A stretch of DNA of 64,000 nucleotides from Gemmatimonadota bacterium (lineage in GTDB: Bacteria > Gemmatimonadota > Gemmatimonadetes > Palauibacterales > Palauibacteraceae), in contig JBHIAV010000011.1 in the NCBI GenBank assembly GCA_046758745.1, forward strand, positions 1-64,000, given 5' to 3'. Made by a program: the position numbers and the translations under genes. The stretch's first letter is position 1. Every line of letters starts with the position of its first letter. This document shows, piece by piece, positions 29,398 to 39,507 of this stretch. A model generated the notes under the pieces. It had not been told where the DNA came from. It did no database searches and was given only the letters and a program-made list of their open reading frames with translations.

Positions 29398-30437
29398 TGT
29401 TCCGCCGTCGCTGTTCGGGCGGAGCCGAAGCTGTGGACCTCCTCCACCACCCTGCGCACCACGGAGGGGTCCGTGTCCGGAAGGATCCCGTGTCCCAGGT
29501 TGAAGACGTGACCGGGCCGCCCGCCGACCCGTTGCAGGATCTCCCGCGTCTCACGCACCGCCGTCTCAGGGCCGGCAAGCAGGGCCGCCGGATCGAGGTT
29601 GCCCTGGATCGCCTTCTCCTTTCCGATCGCCTCCCATGCCTCGTCGATGGGAAGTCGCCAATCCACGCCGATGCCGTCTCCTCCGGCCCGGGCAATGAGG
29701 GGAAGGAGGGCCGGGTTGCCGGTGAAGAAGTGGATGGTTGGCACTCCTGCCTCCTCGAGACGGCGGAAGAGCGACCGGCTGAACGGCGCCACGTGGGACT
29801 CGTAGTCACCGGTTGAGAGGCTTCCGGCCCACGAGTCGAACACCTGGACCGCCGAGGCCCCCGCTTCGTGCTGCGCTACCGCGTACTCCGCCAGATGGTG
29901 CGTCCAGAAGGCCAGGAGCCGTTCCCACGCGGCCGGCTCCCGCCACATGAGCCGCTTCGCCGCGTCGATCCTCCGGGCTCGAGGGCCCGGCATCAGGTAG
30001 GAAGAGAGGGTGAAAGGAGCCCCGACGAAACCGATCAGCGGAACGTCGAGCCGCTCCACGAGAATGCCGATCGTCTCGAGGGTGAAGTCGAGCGCCTCGC
30101 GGGGATCGAACGGCCTCAGCCGAGCGATGTCGTCCGGGGACTCGACCGGGTGCTCCACCACCGGTCCCGCTCCGGGCATCATCTCCACTGCGAGGCCGGC
30201 CGCGACGAAAGGGACGGACAGGTCGCTGTACAGAACGGCCGCGTCCACCGAATAGTACTCGAACGGCAGCATGGTCACCTCCGCGGCCGCCTCGGGATCG
30301 CGGAGGAGGGTGAACATCTCCTCCCCGCGGCGGAACTCCCTGTAGCGGGGGAGGGAGCGACCCGCCTGTCGCATGAACCATACGGGCGTCCGGTCGACGG
30401 GCTCGAGGCGCAGCGCGCGGAGGAGGCGATCGTTCAC
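29394..30437 (-). CDS. hemE: Uroporphyrinogen decarboxylase
   Basis: PVWFMRQAGRSLPRY, QVFDSWAG, QGNLDP, FNLGHGI. Confidence 0.95.
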   Translation of the reverse strand: MNDRLLRALRLEPVDRTPVWFMRQAGRSLPRYREFRRGEEMFTLLRDPEAAAEVTMLPFEYYSVDAAVLYSDLSVPFVAAGLAVEMMPGAGPVVEHPVESPDDIARLRPFDPREALDFTLETIGILVERLDVPLIGFVGAPFTLSSYLMPGPRARRIDAAKRLMWREPAAWERLLAFWTHHLAEYAVAQHEAGASAVQVFDSWAGSLSTGDYESHVAPFSRSLFRRLEEAGVPTIHFFTGNPALLPLIARAGGDGIGVDWRLPIDEAWEAIGKEKAIQGNLDPAALLAGPETAVRETREILQRVGGRPGHVFNLGHGILPDTDPSVVRRVVEEVHSFGSARTATAEQ

Positions 30438-30837
30438 GGATCGACGCGATCGCGCAGAAAACGTGGCCCCGTAGTCGGCCCGCGGGTGGAGCGGTGGACG
30501 CCGTTCGGTGGTTGCATGGCGGTCCGCATGATGTTCGTCCTGCCCCGAGCCGACAAGTCAGGCCGTGGCCCGCGGGCAATGTACGGCTGCTCGCTCCGAG
30601 GATCCGGGGGCTCGCCCGAGCGGGGGAGCAGGTGCTGTCGCCGCGGAGGGTCGGGTGGTCCCACCGGCCGTTCCCCAGGAGAGGATCGACGTCGATTATC
30701 CCGCCGTAAACAAATAGCCTATGATGAGTTTGCTCGTGTCGATTCTCCCCGTTGGCTTGCGGCCCGCGACGGCGGTGGGGTAGGCGGCAGGCGCCGCCTC
30801 CGGCTCCCTGGCACGGTTCCTTCATGATGGGAGGGGT

Positions 30838-31095
30838 ATGCACCGATCTCGGGACGTGACCACAGAGCCCTCCGCGCCGGACGTCGGCGCCGCCTCGCCG
30901 CCCGGCGAGCGGCGTGGAGCGACCGGCCGGAGCTGGGCGGGAGGGCCCGAGACGCCGATCCAGGAGGCGGTAGCGCGACGGTCGTTGCTGCTCGCGGGGC
31001 TCACCGTTCTGGGAGTCGTCCTCCTCGCTCTTCACCTCGGCCGCCGCCTCATCGAGGCTGTCTCCTCCTTCCAGTCGAGTCTGATCTCTCCGTAG
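30838..31095 (+). CDS. Small hypothetical protein with one TM helix
   Basis: RBS GGAGGGG before ATG; hydrophobic LLLAGLTVLGVVLLALHL. Confidence 0.45.
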   Translation: MHRSRDVTTEPSAPDVGAASPPGERRGATGRSWAGGPETPIQEAVARRSLLLAGLTVLGVVLLALHLGRRLIEAVSSFQSSLISP

Positions 31096-31308
31096 AGATC
31101 CGATGGTTCGGGGGGCGAACGGAGAACCGTCGGGCTATTCTGTTGGCGACGACACGCCATGCCGCCCGCGTGAAAGGCGACGAGCGCCTACCCTCGGCCG
31201 CCGGCCTGGAAGGCCTGCCGGACGAGGGTGCCGCGCACCCCGGGGTCGCCCCGGGCCGCCGGCTACCCGATCGGAAGAAGCCGGTCGAAGAGGAACAGAG
31301 GTCTGCCC

Positions 31309-31593
31309 ATGCGAACGCAGATCAGCACCCGGCGCTGCGAGCTCACGGAGGAGCTTCGGGCACGTGCAGAGGAGTTGGCGGCTGCGCTGGCCGCCGACCA
31401 ACCGGGCTTCACCTTCGCCAAGTACATGTTCGATGAGTCTCCGGAAAAGCGGACGGTCTCCGCCGTGTTCGCCGTCTCGGACGACGATTCCCTGGTGGGT
31501 TACGCGGAGGCCTCAGAGTGGGAGGCGGCGCTCCGCGAACTCGAGGGGAAGCTGCGCCGCCAGCTGGAGGCGAGAAACGCCGACGCGCGGTGA
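31309..31593 (+). CDS. HPF/RaiA-like ribosome-associated protein (divergent)
   Basis: MRTQISTRRCELTEELR start and AALRELEGKLRRQL end resemble the HPF fold. Confidence 0.6.
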   Translation: MRTQISTRRCELTEELRARAEELAAALAADQPGFTFAKYMFDESPEKRTVSAVFAVSDDDSLVGYAEASEWEAALRELEGKLRRQLEARNADAR

Positions 31594-31642
31594 GGCGGAC
31601 AGGGCGGACCGGTTACGGACCGGCAAAGACGGGCCGACCCGC

Positions 31643-32017
31643 CTAGTGAAGCTGGAGTAGGAAGCGCGGGATCTCGGCCCGAAAGAGTGACCCGTCGTCC
31701 CGCTGGAAGAGGTAGCTCCCCTCCATGTGGCCGTGCGCGCCTCGTAGGATGCAGAAGCTCTCGTACTCGTGCACGTCACCTGGCTCCAGGACGGGCTGCT
31801 CCCCTACGACCCCCTCGCCCTCCACCTCGTGATCCCCGCCCACGGGATCGTGGATGTACCAGTACCGGCTCAGGAGCTGTGCCGCGTGCTCACCGACGTT
31901 CTCGATACAGATCCGGTACGTGAAGACGTAGCGGCCTGCCCGCGGGTCGGAGTGCGCGGGCGAGTAGGTCGGCAGGGCGCCGATCCGGATTCCTTCGGTT
32001 AGACGATACGTGAACAT
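31643..32017 (-). CDS. apaG: ApaG protein
   Basis: YVFTYRI.IENVG, QLLSRYW.I, VEGEGVVGEQPVL, GHMEGSY. Confidence 0.93.
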   Translation of the reverse strand: MFTYRLTEGIRIGALPTYSPAHSDPRAGRYVFTYRICIENVGEHAAQLLSRYWYIHDPVGGDHEVEGEGVVGEQPVLEPGDVHEYESFCILRGAHGHMEGSYLFQRDDGSLFRAEIPRFLLQLH

Positions 32018-32456
32018 CGTGATGTGACGGAGCGGCGGCGCGGTGTGGGTCGTTCCGCTCCCGCGCGTCGCGGTCCCGGGCGTTTGGGCTCCGGGTGCGC
32101 GTCGCCCCTCACCCCCCGCCGATCCGTGCTCGGGGTTTCGTTCGATGCAGCCACCGGCTGAATGCCGCGGGCAGAGAACGTGCCGTGCCGTTCTACCGTC
32201 GCTCGTCCACGACCCGATGCCATCGCTCTCCCCGATTCGGCGCCGCATGTAGCGAACCCGAAAAATTGTTTCCCGCTCGGGCCACCGCCAGGGCCGCTCC
32301 TCTGTCCTGCGCGGACCGTCGCCGACCGCCGAAGCCGGTGGAAGCCAGCGTCCGCCCTAGGAAGCTCGCCTCGCCGTGCGTTCGCGGCACCTCATGCACA
32401 TGGCCGCTTCACGTGGCGGATTCACATGCCGAAACGGGATGGGCCTTCGAAGATCC

Positions 32457-32485
32457 TTGACGACCTCCCTTAACGCCGTTAACTT
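32457..32485 (+). promoter_or_regulatory. Putative sigma70 promoter of the tetR-efflux operon
   Basis: TTGACG (32457-62), 17-bp spacer, TAACTT (32480-85). Confidence 0.55.
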
Positions 32486-32510
32486 AACGATGTTAAATTA
32501 ACGGCGTTCA
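32470..32510. promoter_or_regulatory. Three tandem palindromic TTAAC-N3-GTTAA boxes (putative TetR operators)
   Basis: ttaacgccgttaa, ttaacgatgttaa, ttaacggcgttca at 14-bp spacing, AT-rich, just upstream of tetR. Confidence 0.75.
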
Positions 32511-32524
32511 CCCATGGGGTTGCG

Positions 32525-33163
32525 ATGTCACCGAAGGTTGCCGATCCGGTGCGGGCCGCTGAGACGGAGGCGCAGATCCTGGGGGCAGCGCTGGATCTGC
32601 TGGCCGAGGGCGGGGCGGAGGCGCTCTCGATGCGCGCTCTGGCGGCGCGTGTCGGGCTAAGCGCGACAGCCATCTACAACTACTTCGAGAACAAGCAGGC
32701 GCTCGTCGATCGGGTCGTGGCCCGCGGCTTCGGCCGGCTCGAGGGCTACCTGTGGTCGGCGATCGAGCCGGTGCCAGCCGGGAGCATCGAGCGGCTGACG
32801 GCGCTCGGTGAGGCGTACATCCGATTCGCGGTCGAGAACGAACAGCACTTCAAGGTGATCTTCACCATCCAGCCGGCGGATCCGCGGGAGATCCAGGATC
32901 TCCCGGGCGGTGGCGGCTACCGGATCCTGCGCCGGTGCGTGGTGGAAGCGATTGACGCCGGCACGGTCCGGCGCACCGACCCGGACCTGCTGGCGCTCTA
33001 CCTGTGGACGCACATCCACGGGCTCGTGACGCTCTTCCTGGCGTGCGACCCCACGGCGGAGTGCCAGGATGTACACCTCCAGATGCCCGAGGGCGAACAC
33101 CGAATGCTGTACCTGTTTCGCCGGTTCGTCGACCTGGTGAGGCACGGACTGGTAGAGAGTTGA
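32525..33163 (+). CDS. TetR/AcrR family regulator (WHG-type C-terminus)
   Basis: LSMRALAARVGLSATAIYNYFENKQAL HTH; LWTHIHG. Confidence 0.92.
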   Translation: MSPKVADPVRAAETEAQILGAALDLLAEGGAEALSMRALAARVGLSATAIYNYFENKQALVDRVVARGFGRLEGYLWSAIEPVPAGSIERLTALGEAYIRFAVENEQHFKVIFTIQPADPREIQDLPGGGGYRILRRCVVEAIDAGTVRRTDPDLLALYLWTHIHGLVTLFLACDPTAECQDVHLQMPEGEHRMLYLFRRFVDLVRHGLVES

Positions 33164-33191
33164 GCCGCCGGCCGGGCGGCTTCCAAACGCC

Positions 33192-34805
33192 TTGCAGGAG
33201 GGGAACGTGGGCAGGAACGGGAGGGCTCGGCGAGAGGGCATCGGGGCGGGCGGCGGCGTGGGGTTCCGGGCCGCTCTCGCCGGCGCCCTGATGCTCGGCT
33301 CCGCGGGGTTCGTGTTCGGGCAGAGCGCGGTCGCCGTCTCCACACGGGGCCCAACGGCCGGAAGCTACTCACTCGAGCGCGCGGTCGCGTACGCGCTTGA
33401 GTTCAACCGGGAGCTACGTCTCGCGCGCCTGGAGCTGGATCGGGCGGGCCAGCAGGTGCGTGAAGCCCGAGGCTCCCTGTTTCCCGAGATCGAGGCGACG
33501 CTCCGGTATCAGCGCAATGTGCAGGTGCCGGAGGCCTTCCTTCCCGCCGTCATCTTCGATCCGACGGCGCCGCCGAACGAGCTGATCCCGGTTCGCTTCG
33601 GGGCGGACAACACCTGGGTCGCGCGCCTCTCCGTCACCCAGCCGCTCTTCGATGCGGCCCTGTTCGTCGGGGTGGGCACGGCCGGCCGTTTCCGCGCCCT
33701 TCAGAAAGAGACCCTCAGGGCTCGCGCACATCGGGTAGCTTCGGAGGTGCGGCGCGCCTACCTGGATGCGCTCCTGGCGGCGGAGCAGGTGCGGGTGACA
33801 CAGAACAGCGTCGAGCGCGTGGAGAAGACCCTGGAGGAGACCCGGGCGCTGAATCGAGCCGGACTGGCGAGCGACTATGATGTGCTTCGGCTCGAGGTGC
33901 AGCTCGCCAACGTGAAGCCGAGCCTCCGGCGGAACGTGAACGCCGTAGCCGAAGCCGGACGTGTCCTGGCAATCCGGATGGGGATGGACGAGGGACGCGC
34001 GGTCGGCGTCACCGGAGAGCTGCACCAGGTCGATCTGAGCTCTGCGGAGGCGAACACGGGAGCGAACCGGGCACTCCTCGCCTTCGCCGGCTACGCGAGA
34101 GCGCTTGAGGCGTCGTTCGAGGAGCTGTACGCGACTGCCAGGCGCATGCGTCCGGAGATCCGGCAGGTGGCTCTCGAGGAGGATCTGGAACGGGCGCGGC
34201 TCGCCTTTGAGCGGTCCGACCTCCTGCCCCGCCTCTCGGCCTTCTTCAACTACGACCTGACCGCGCAGGAGAACGGCAGTCCGAGCTTCTTCGGTGAGAA
34301 TCCGAATCAGCGGACCGCCACCGCGCAGGTCGGCGTCAAGCTCGAGCTGCCCATCTTCGCCGGACTGAGCCGCTGGTCCCGCGTCGAGCAGCAGAAGGTC
34401 CGGGTGCGGCAAGCCGAAGTGAGTCGGAGCGAGCTCGAGCGGCGCGTGGAAAACGAGGTCCGGACGGCTCTCGAGGCCCTCGAGGAGTCGAGGGCCCGCG
34501 GCGCGGCTCAGCGTCGGGCGGTCCGCCAGGCGAGCCGCGGCTTCGAGATCGTGACCGCGGAGTATCTTGCCGGAACGAGCTCGCGCCTGGAGGTGACCGA
34601 TGCCGAGCTGGCGCTTCGGCAGGCCGAGCTCAACTACGCGCAGGCAGTGTACGACTACCTCGCCGGCCAGGCAGCTGTGGACGAGGCGGTCGGTGTGATT
34701 CCCGTGGTCGACGCGGCGCGGATCGCGGCCGAGGAGACGCGCATCTCTCGCGTCTTGCCGGGCGGTGACGAGGGGCCCGACGACGGGGAGGGGAAGGCGG
34801 AATGA
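33192..34805 (+). CDS. TolC family outer membrane efflux protein (start uncertain, 33192-33291)
   Basis: SLERAVAYALEFN, QPLFD, GLASDYDVLRLEVQL, LELPIFAG, LEVTDAE. Confidence 0.9.
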   Translation: MQEGNVGRNGRARREGIGAGGGVGFRAALAGALMLGSAGFVFGQSAVAVSTRGPTAGSYSLERAVAYALEFNRELRLARLELDRAGQQVREARGSLFPEIEATLRYQRNVQVPEAFLPAVIFDPTAPPNELIPVRFGADNTWVARLSVTQPLFDAALFVGVGTAGRFRALQKETLRARAHRVASEVRRAYLDALLAAEQVRVTQNSVERVEKTLEETRALNRAGLASDYDVLRLEVQLANVKPSLRRNVNAVAEAGRVLAIRMGMDEGRAVGVTGELHQVDLSSAEANTGANRALLAFAGYARALEASFEELYATARRMRPEIRQVALEEDLERARLAFERSDLLPRLSAFFNYDLTAQENGSPSFFGENPNQRTATAQVGVKLELPIFAGLSRWSRVEQQKVRVRQAEVSRSELERRVENEVRTALEALEESRARGAAQRRAVRQASRGFEIVTAEYLAGTSSRLEVTDAELALRQAELNYAQAVYDYLAGQAAVDEAVGVIPVVDAARIAAEETRISRVLPGGDEGPDDGEGKAE

Positions 34806-35920
34806 GGATGGATCGAAAGAAGGGATTCCTGCCTCTGCTCGCCGCCGCGGTGACGGCGTGGGCCGCCGCCTGCGGGCCTTCTCGAGCGAGCGAGGGGAGC
34901 GAAGGGGGGGACGGATCGGACGCGGCCTCGGAGTTCGTCCGCACCGTGAACGTCGAAGTCCAAGCGGTGAAGCCGAGCCAGTTCGTACGCCGGGTGCGGA
35001 TTACCGGCGCGGTGGAAGCGCTGCACGACGTCACCGTGAGCGCGCAGGAGAGCGGCGTCATCCTCCGTTTCCTCGCGGAGAAGGGCGAGACGGTACGAGC
35101 CGGACAGGCGCTTGCGCGGATCGACGACAAGGTGCTGCGGGCGCGGGTCGAGGAGGCGCGGGCCGTGGAGCGCCTGGCTCGCGAGCGGCACGAGCGGCAA
35201 CGCCGGCTGTGGGAGGAGGAGCGCATCGGGAGCGAGATGGCATTCCTGCAGACGAAGTACGATGCTGCCTCGGCAGCCGCCCGTCTGGCCAATCTCGAGG
35301 CGCGGCTCGCACGCACCCGCATCACCACCCCGATCTCCGGGATCTTCGATCAGCGCTTCGTGGACGCCGGGGAGATGGTCTCCCCCGGCACTCCGGTGGC
35401 GCGCGTGATCCAGACGGCCCGGCTCAAGATCGTCGGAGGGGTCCCCGAGCGCTTCGCGGCCCACGTAGAGGTCGGGGGAGAGGCCGAGGTCACGTTCGAC
35501 ATCTTCCCCGGCCGGACGTTCACGGGAAGGATCGGGTTCGTGGGTAGCAGCGTGGACGAGCAGAGCCGCACCTTCCCGATCGAGATCCTGTTGGAGAACC
35601 CCGGTCGCCTGGTAAAGCCTCAGATGGTGGCCAACGTCGAAGTTCCGGTCCAGCGCCTCGCCGGTGTGATCGTGGTGCCGCAGGAGGTCCTCCAGCGGAC
35701 GGAGGAGGGCTATCAGCTCCTGGTCGTGGGGGAAGCGGACGGAGTCCACACGGCGGAGGCCCGCGACGTGTTGGTCGGACCTTCGTCCGGAAACCGGACG
35801 GTGATCGAGGAGGGGCTGGAGCCGGGAGATCGGTTGATCGTGCGCGGCTTCCAGCTCGTCGCCCCCGGCGACCGGGTTCGCATCGTCAAGCGCGCAGCGG
35901 CAGGAACGGCGCCTCGTTGA
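34802..35920 (+). CDS. RND efflux membrane fusion protein (lipoprotein-like)
   Basis: AAAC lipobox-like site; EKGETVRAGQALARID, ITTPISG, GLEPGDRLIVRG. Confidence 0.9.
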   Translation: MRMDRKKGFLPLLAAAVTAWAAACGPSRASEGSEGGDGSDAASEFVRTVNVEVQAVKPSQFVRRVRITGAVEALHDVTVSAQESGVILRFLAEKGETVRAGQALARIDDKVLRARVEEARAVERLARERHERQRRLWEEERIGSEMAFLQTKYDAASAAARLANLEARLARTRITTPISGIFDQRFVDAGEMVSPGTPVARVIQTARLKIVGGVPERFAAHVEVGGEAEVTFDIFPGRTFTGRIGFVGSSVDEQSRTFPIEILLENPGRLVKPQMVANVEVPVQRLAGVIVVPQEVLQRTEEGYQLLVVGEADGVHTAEARDVLVGPSSGNRTVIEEGLEPGDRLIVRGFQLVAPGDRVRIVKRAAAGTAPR

Positions 35921-35970
35921 CCGATCCGCCGGCTGCCAACGAAGCGGGCCGAGGGCTAAGGGAGTGAGGG

Positions 35971-38900
35971 ATGACGCATAGGGATCCGCGCGGCGGAGAC
36001 GGCGACTCGCGGGAAGACGTGCGGGTGCCGTCGGACGTGCCCCCGGGCGCGGGTGGTGGGGAGGGGACCCGCCGCGGCTCCGGCCGATACAGAATGTTCT
36101 GGCTCACCTCCTTCGCGGTGGACCATCCGACCAGTGTGCTGGTGTTGATGGTCCTCATCATCATCGCCGGGCTCATCTCGTACCTGCAAGTGCCGAAGGA
36201 GGCAGCGCCGGACATCACCGTCCCGTACATCGCGGTCAACACCATCTACGAGGGGGTCGCCCCGGAGGATATCGAGTCCCTCGTCACCCGCCCGCTCGAG
36301 GAGGAGCTCAACAAGATCTCCGACATCAAGGCACTCACCTCAACCTCCGTCGAGGGCTACTCGAGCATCACGGCCGAGTTCGCTGCCGGTATGGACATGA
36401 CGGAGGCGCTCCAGCTTGTGCGGGAGAAGGTCGACATCGCCAAGCCCGAGATTCCGGATGGCGCCGAGGAGCCGACGATCGTGGAGTTCAACATCTCCGA
36501 ATTCCCGATCATGCAGGTGAACGTTGCGGGGGAGTACAGCCTGACGCGCCTCAAGGATCTCGCCGAGGACCTGGAGGAGCGCATCGAACAGATCTCCTCG
36601 GTTCTCGAGGTGTCGCTCTCCGGCGGACTCGAGCGCGAGGTAAAGGTCGAGGTCGACCTGGCGAGGCTGAAGTTCTACGGGATCTCGTTCGATGATGTGA
36701 TCGACGCGGTACGCGAGGAGAACGTGACGATCCCGGGCGGCACGATCGATGTGGGGACTCTCAAGTACCTGGTTCGCGTGCCGGGCGAGTTCGAAGAGAC
36801 ACAGCCGATCGAGGACATCGTCATCACGGCTCCCGGCGACCGGCCCGTGTATCTGCGCGACGTGGCTCGGGTGGACTTCGGGTTCAAGGAGCGGGAGAGC
36901 TTTGCGCGTCTCAACGGGAATCCCGTGGTGACGCTGAATGTCAGCAAGCGCACCGGCGAGAACATCATCGAGACCGCGGACGCCGTGAAGGCGGTCATCG
37001 AGGAGATGCGCCCGAGCTTCCCGCCCACCACGGTGGTGCAGATCACCTCCGATGAGTCAGACATGGTGCGGAACATGGTGAGCAGCCTGGAGAACAACAT
37101 CATCTCCGGCCTCATCCTCGTTGTCGCCGTGCTTCTCTTCGCGCTCGGCGTTTGGAACGCCTCGTTCGTCGGCGTCGCGATCCCGCTCTCCATGTTCCTG
37201 TCGTTCAGCGTGATGCAGCTGCTGGGCTTCACCATGAACATGGTGGTGCTCTTCTCGCTGATCCTGGCACTCGGAATGCTGGTAGACAACGCGATCGTCA
37301 TCGTCGAGAACATCTATCGCTTCCGAGAGCAGGGGTACGACAAGCGGACCGCCGCCAAGCTCGCCACGGCCGAGGTGGCGATGCCGGTAATCGCCGCCAC
37401 CGCCACGACGCTCGCCGCCTTCGCGCCGATGGCCTTCTGGCCCGGGATCGTAGGCGAGTTCATGGGCTACCTTCCGAAGACGCTCATCATCACGCTGAGC
37501 TCGTCGCTGTTCGTGGGGCTCGTCGTGAGTCCGACCCTGTGCTCGCTGTTCATGCGGGGGACGATGGACCGACCGCGCGGCCTCACGCGCGAGATGCGAT
37601 GGACGCTGCTGGGGGCCGCAGGCGTGGCGTTCGCGGTAGGGCTCTTCCTTCGCCCGCTCCCGACGGTGCTCCTCGCCCTCACGGCGGTGGGACTCCTCGC
37701 GCTGTACCGTCGCGAGCTCGAGCCGGCCAGCCGGTGGGTACAGGAGAGGGCCGTGCCGGCCATCCTGGTCCGCTACGAGCGCGCGCTGCGCTGGGCTCTG
37801 GCGCACCGCTGGCGGGTGATCGGCGGGACCGCAGCGCTCCTCGTGGTCTCGCTGGGGGCGTTCCGTCACCTCAACGCCGGCATCGAGTTTTTCCCGGAGG
37901 ACATCCCGCCCGAGACGGTGTGGGTGCAGGTGGAAGCCCCGACCGGCACGCGGGCCGAGGAGACGGATGCGCTCGTGCGCCGGATCGAGACGGAGCTCGC
38001 CGCCCTCGAGGGCCGGGAGGACTTCGAGTCGGTGGTGGCCACCGTGGGCTCCAGGACCGCGGGCTTCGGGAGCGAATCGGGCACTCATCTGGCAACGGTG
38101 GCGGTGAGCTTCGTCGACTACCAGGAGCGGCGCCGCGATGCGTTCGAGACGGTGGAGCGCATGCGGAGCGAGATCGGGCGCGACATCGCCGGCGCCACCA
38201 TCTCGGTTGACCTGCCGGAGCCCGGCCCGCCGACCGGCCTGCCGGTGAACGTCGAGATCGTGGGCGAGGATGCTGCGGTGCTGAAGCGTCTGGCGGACCG
38301 GGCCGTCTCGATCCTCTCCCAAGCCCCCGTGGCGGCGAAGCTGGAGGGGCTGGAGAGCGACCTCGACGACGCGCGGCCCGAGCTCACCGTCGAGGTGGAC
38401 CGCGAACGAGCCGCCCTCTTCGGGCTCACCACCGAGGAGGTCGGGTTCACCGTTCGCAGCGCGATCAACGGCACCGTCGCTTCGGAGTTCCGGGACGGCG
38501 AGGATGAGTACGACATCGTCGTACGGCTCGCCGAGCCGTACCGGCGAGACCTCGGCTCCCTGGCGGACCTCACCGTCTCCACCGAGGAGGGCCGGCAGAT
38601 CCCTCTCCCGTCAATCGCCACGTGGAGCGTGAACGAGAGCTTCAGTGGGATCAACCGGAAGGACCTCGACCGCATGGTCACTGTCTCGGCCGATGTGCGG
38701 TCGGATTACAACGCCAACGCGGTGCTCGCCGAGGTGCAGGAGGCGCTCGCCGAGTTCACCCGCACGCTACCGGCTGGTTACCGGTTGCAGTACACCGGCC
38801 AGCAGGAGGAGCAAGAGGAGTCCCAGGCCTTCCTCCTCGGTGCGTTCGCGGTGGCCCTGCTCTTGATCGGGTTCATCCTCGTTTCCCAGTTCGACTCCGT

Positions 38901-39486
38901 GCTCAAGCCGCTCCTCATTCTGAGCTCGGTCATCCTGTCGACCATCGGCGTGCTGCTCGGCCTGCTCGTCTTCCGTATGCCGTTCGGAGTCATCATGACC
39001 GGCGTCGGCGTGATCAGCTTGGCCGGCGTCGTGGTGAACAACGCGATCGTCCTCGTCGACTACATCGCCGTCCTGCGGACTCGCGATGGGATCGAGCCCA
39101 GGGACTCGCTCGTGCGGGGAGGGCTGACCCGCTTCCGTCCCGTCATGCTCACCGCGATCACGACGGTGGTGGGCCTGACGCCACTCGCCATAGGTCTCAA
39201 CTTCGACTTCAACGGCCTCTACTCGCGGCTCAATCCCGACATCTACTGGGGCGGCGAGCAAGCGGCCTGGTGGGCGCCGATGGCCATCGCGGTGATCGCG
39301 GGCCTCTCCTTCGCGACCTTCCTCACCCTCGTCCTCGTGCCGGTGCTTCACTCGGTGATCGACGATGTGGAGGAGTTTCTTCGTCGACGTCTCCTGGGCC
39401 GGCCCGAGGCGGTGGATGAGGCGGAGGGTCCGGGCGCCGCGTCCGATGAGACCGAGGGCGTGAAGCCGGAGTTGGCCACCGCGTAG
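35971..39486 (+). CDS. RND efflux permease (AcrB/AcrD/AcrF family)
   Basis: GMLVDNAIVIVEN, GVVVNNAIVLVD, RFRPVMLTAITT. Confidence 0.95.
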   Translation: MTHRDPRGGDGDSREDVRVPSDVPPGAGGGEGTRRGSGRYRMFWLTSFAVDHPTSVLVLMVLIIIAGLISYLQVPKEAAPDITVPYIAVNTIYEGVAPEDIESLVTRPLEEELNKISDIKALTSTSVEGYSSITAEFAAGMDMTEALQLVREKVDIAKPEIPDGAEEPTIVEFNISEFPIMQVNVAGEYSLTRLKDLAEDLEERIEQISSVLEVSLSGGLEREVKVEVDLARLKFYGISFDDVIDAVREENVTIPGGTIDVGTLKYLVRVPGEFEETQPIEDIVITAPGDRPVYLRDVARVDFGFKERESFARLNGNPVVTLNVSKRTGENIIETADAVKAVIEEMRPSFPPTTVVQITSDESDMVRNMVSSLENNIISGLILVVAVLLFALGVWNASFVGVAIPLSMFLSFSVMQLLGFTMNMVVLFSLILALGMLVDNAIVIVENIYRFREQGYDKRTAAKLATAEVAMPVIAATATTLAAFAPMAFWPGIVGEFMGYLPKTLIITLSSSLFVGLVVSPTLCSLFMRGTMDRPRGLTREMRWTLLGAAGVAFAVGLFLRPLPTVLLALTAVGLLALYRRELEPASRWVQERAVPAILVRYERALRWALAHRWRVIGGTAALLVVSLGAFRHLNAGIEFFPEDIPPETVWVQVEAPTGTRAEETDALVRRIETELAALEGREDFESVVATVGSRTAGFGSESGTHLATVAVSFVDYQERRRDAFETVERMRSEIGRDIAGATISVDLPEPGPPTGLPVNVEIVGEDAAVLKRLADRAVSILSQAPVAAKLEGLESDLDDARPELTVEVDRERAALFGLTTEEVGFTVRSAINGTVASEFRDGEDEYDIVVRLAEPYRRDLGSLADLTVSTEEGRQIPLPSIATWSVNESFSGINRKDLDRMVTVSADVRSDYNANAVLAEVQEALAEFTRTLPAGYRLQYTGQQEEQEESQAFLLGAFAVALLLIGFILVSQFDSVLKPLLILSSVILSTIGVLLGLLVFRMPFGVIMTGVGVISLAGVVVNNAIVLVDYIAVLRTRDGIEPRDSLVRGGLTRFRPVMLTAITTVVGLTPLAIGLNFDFNGLYSRLNPDIYWGGEQAAWWAPMAIAVIAGLSFATFLTLVLVPVLHSVIDDVEEFLRRRLLGRPEAVDEAEGPGAASDETEGVKPELATA

Positions 39487-39507
39487 GCCGCCGCGGCGGC
39501 TGCCGCG

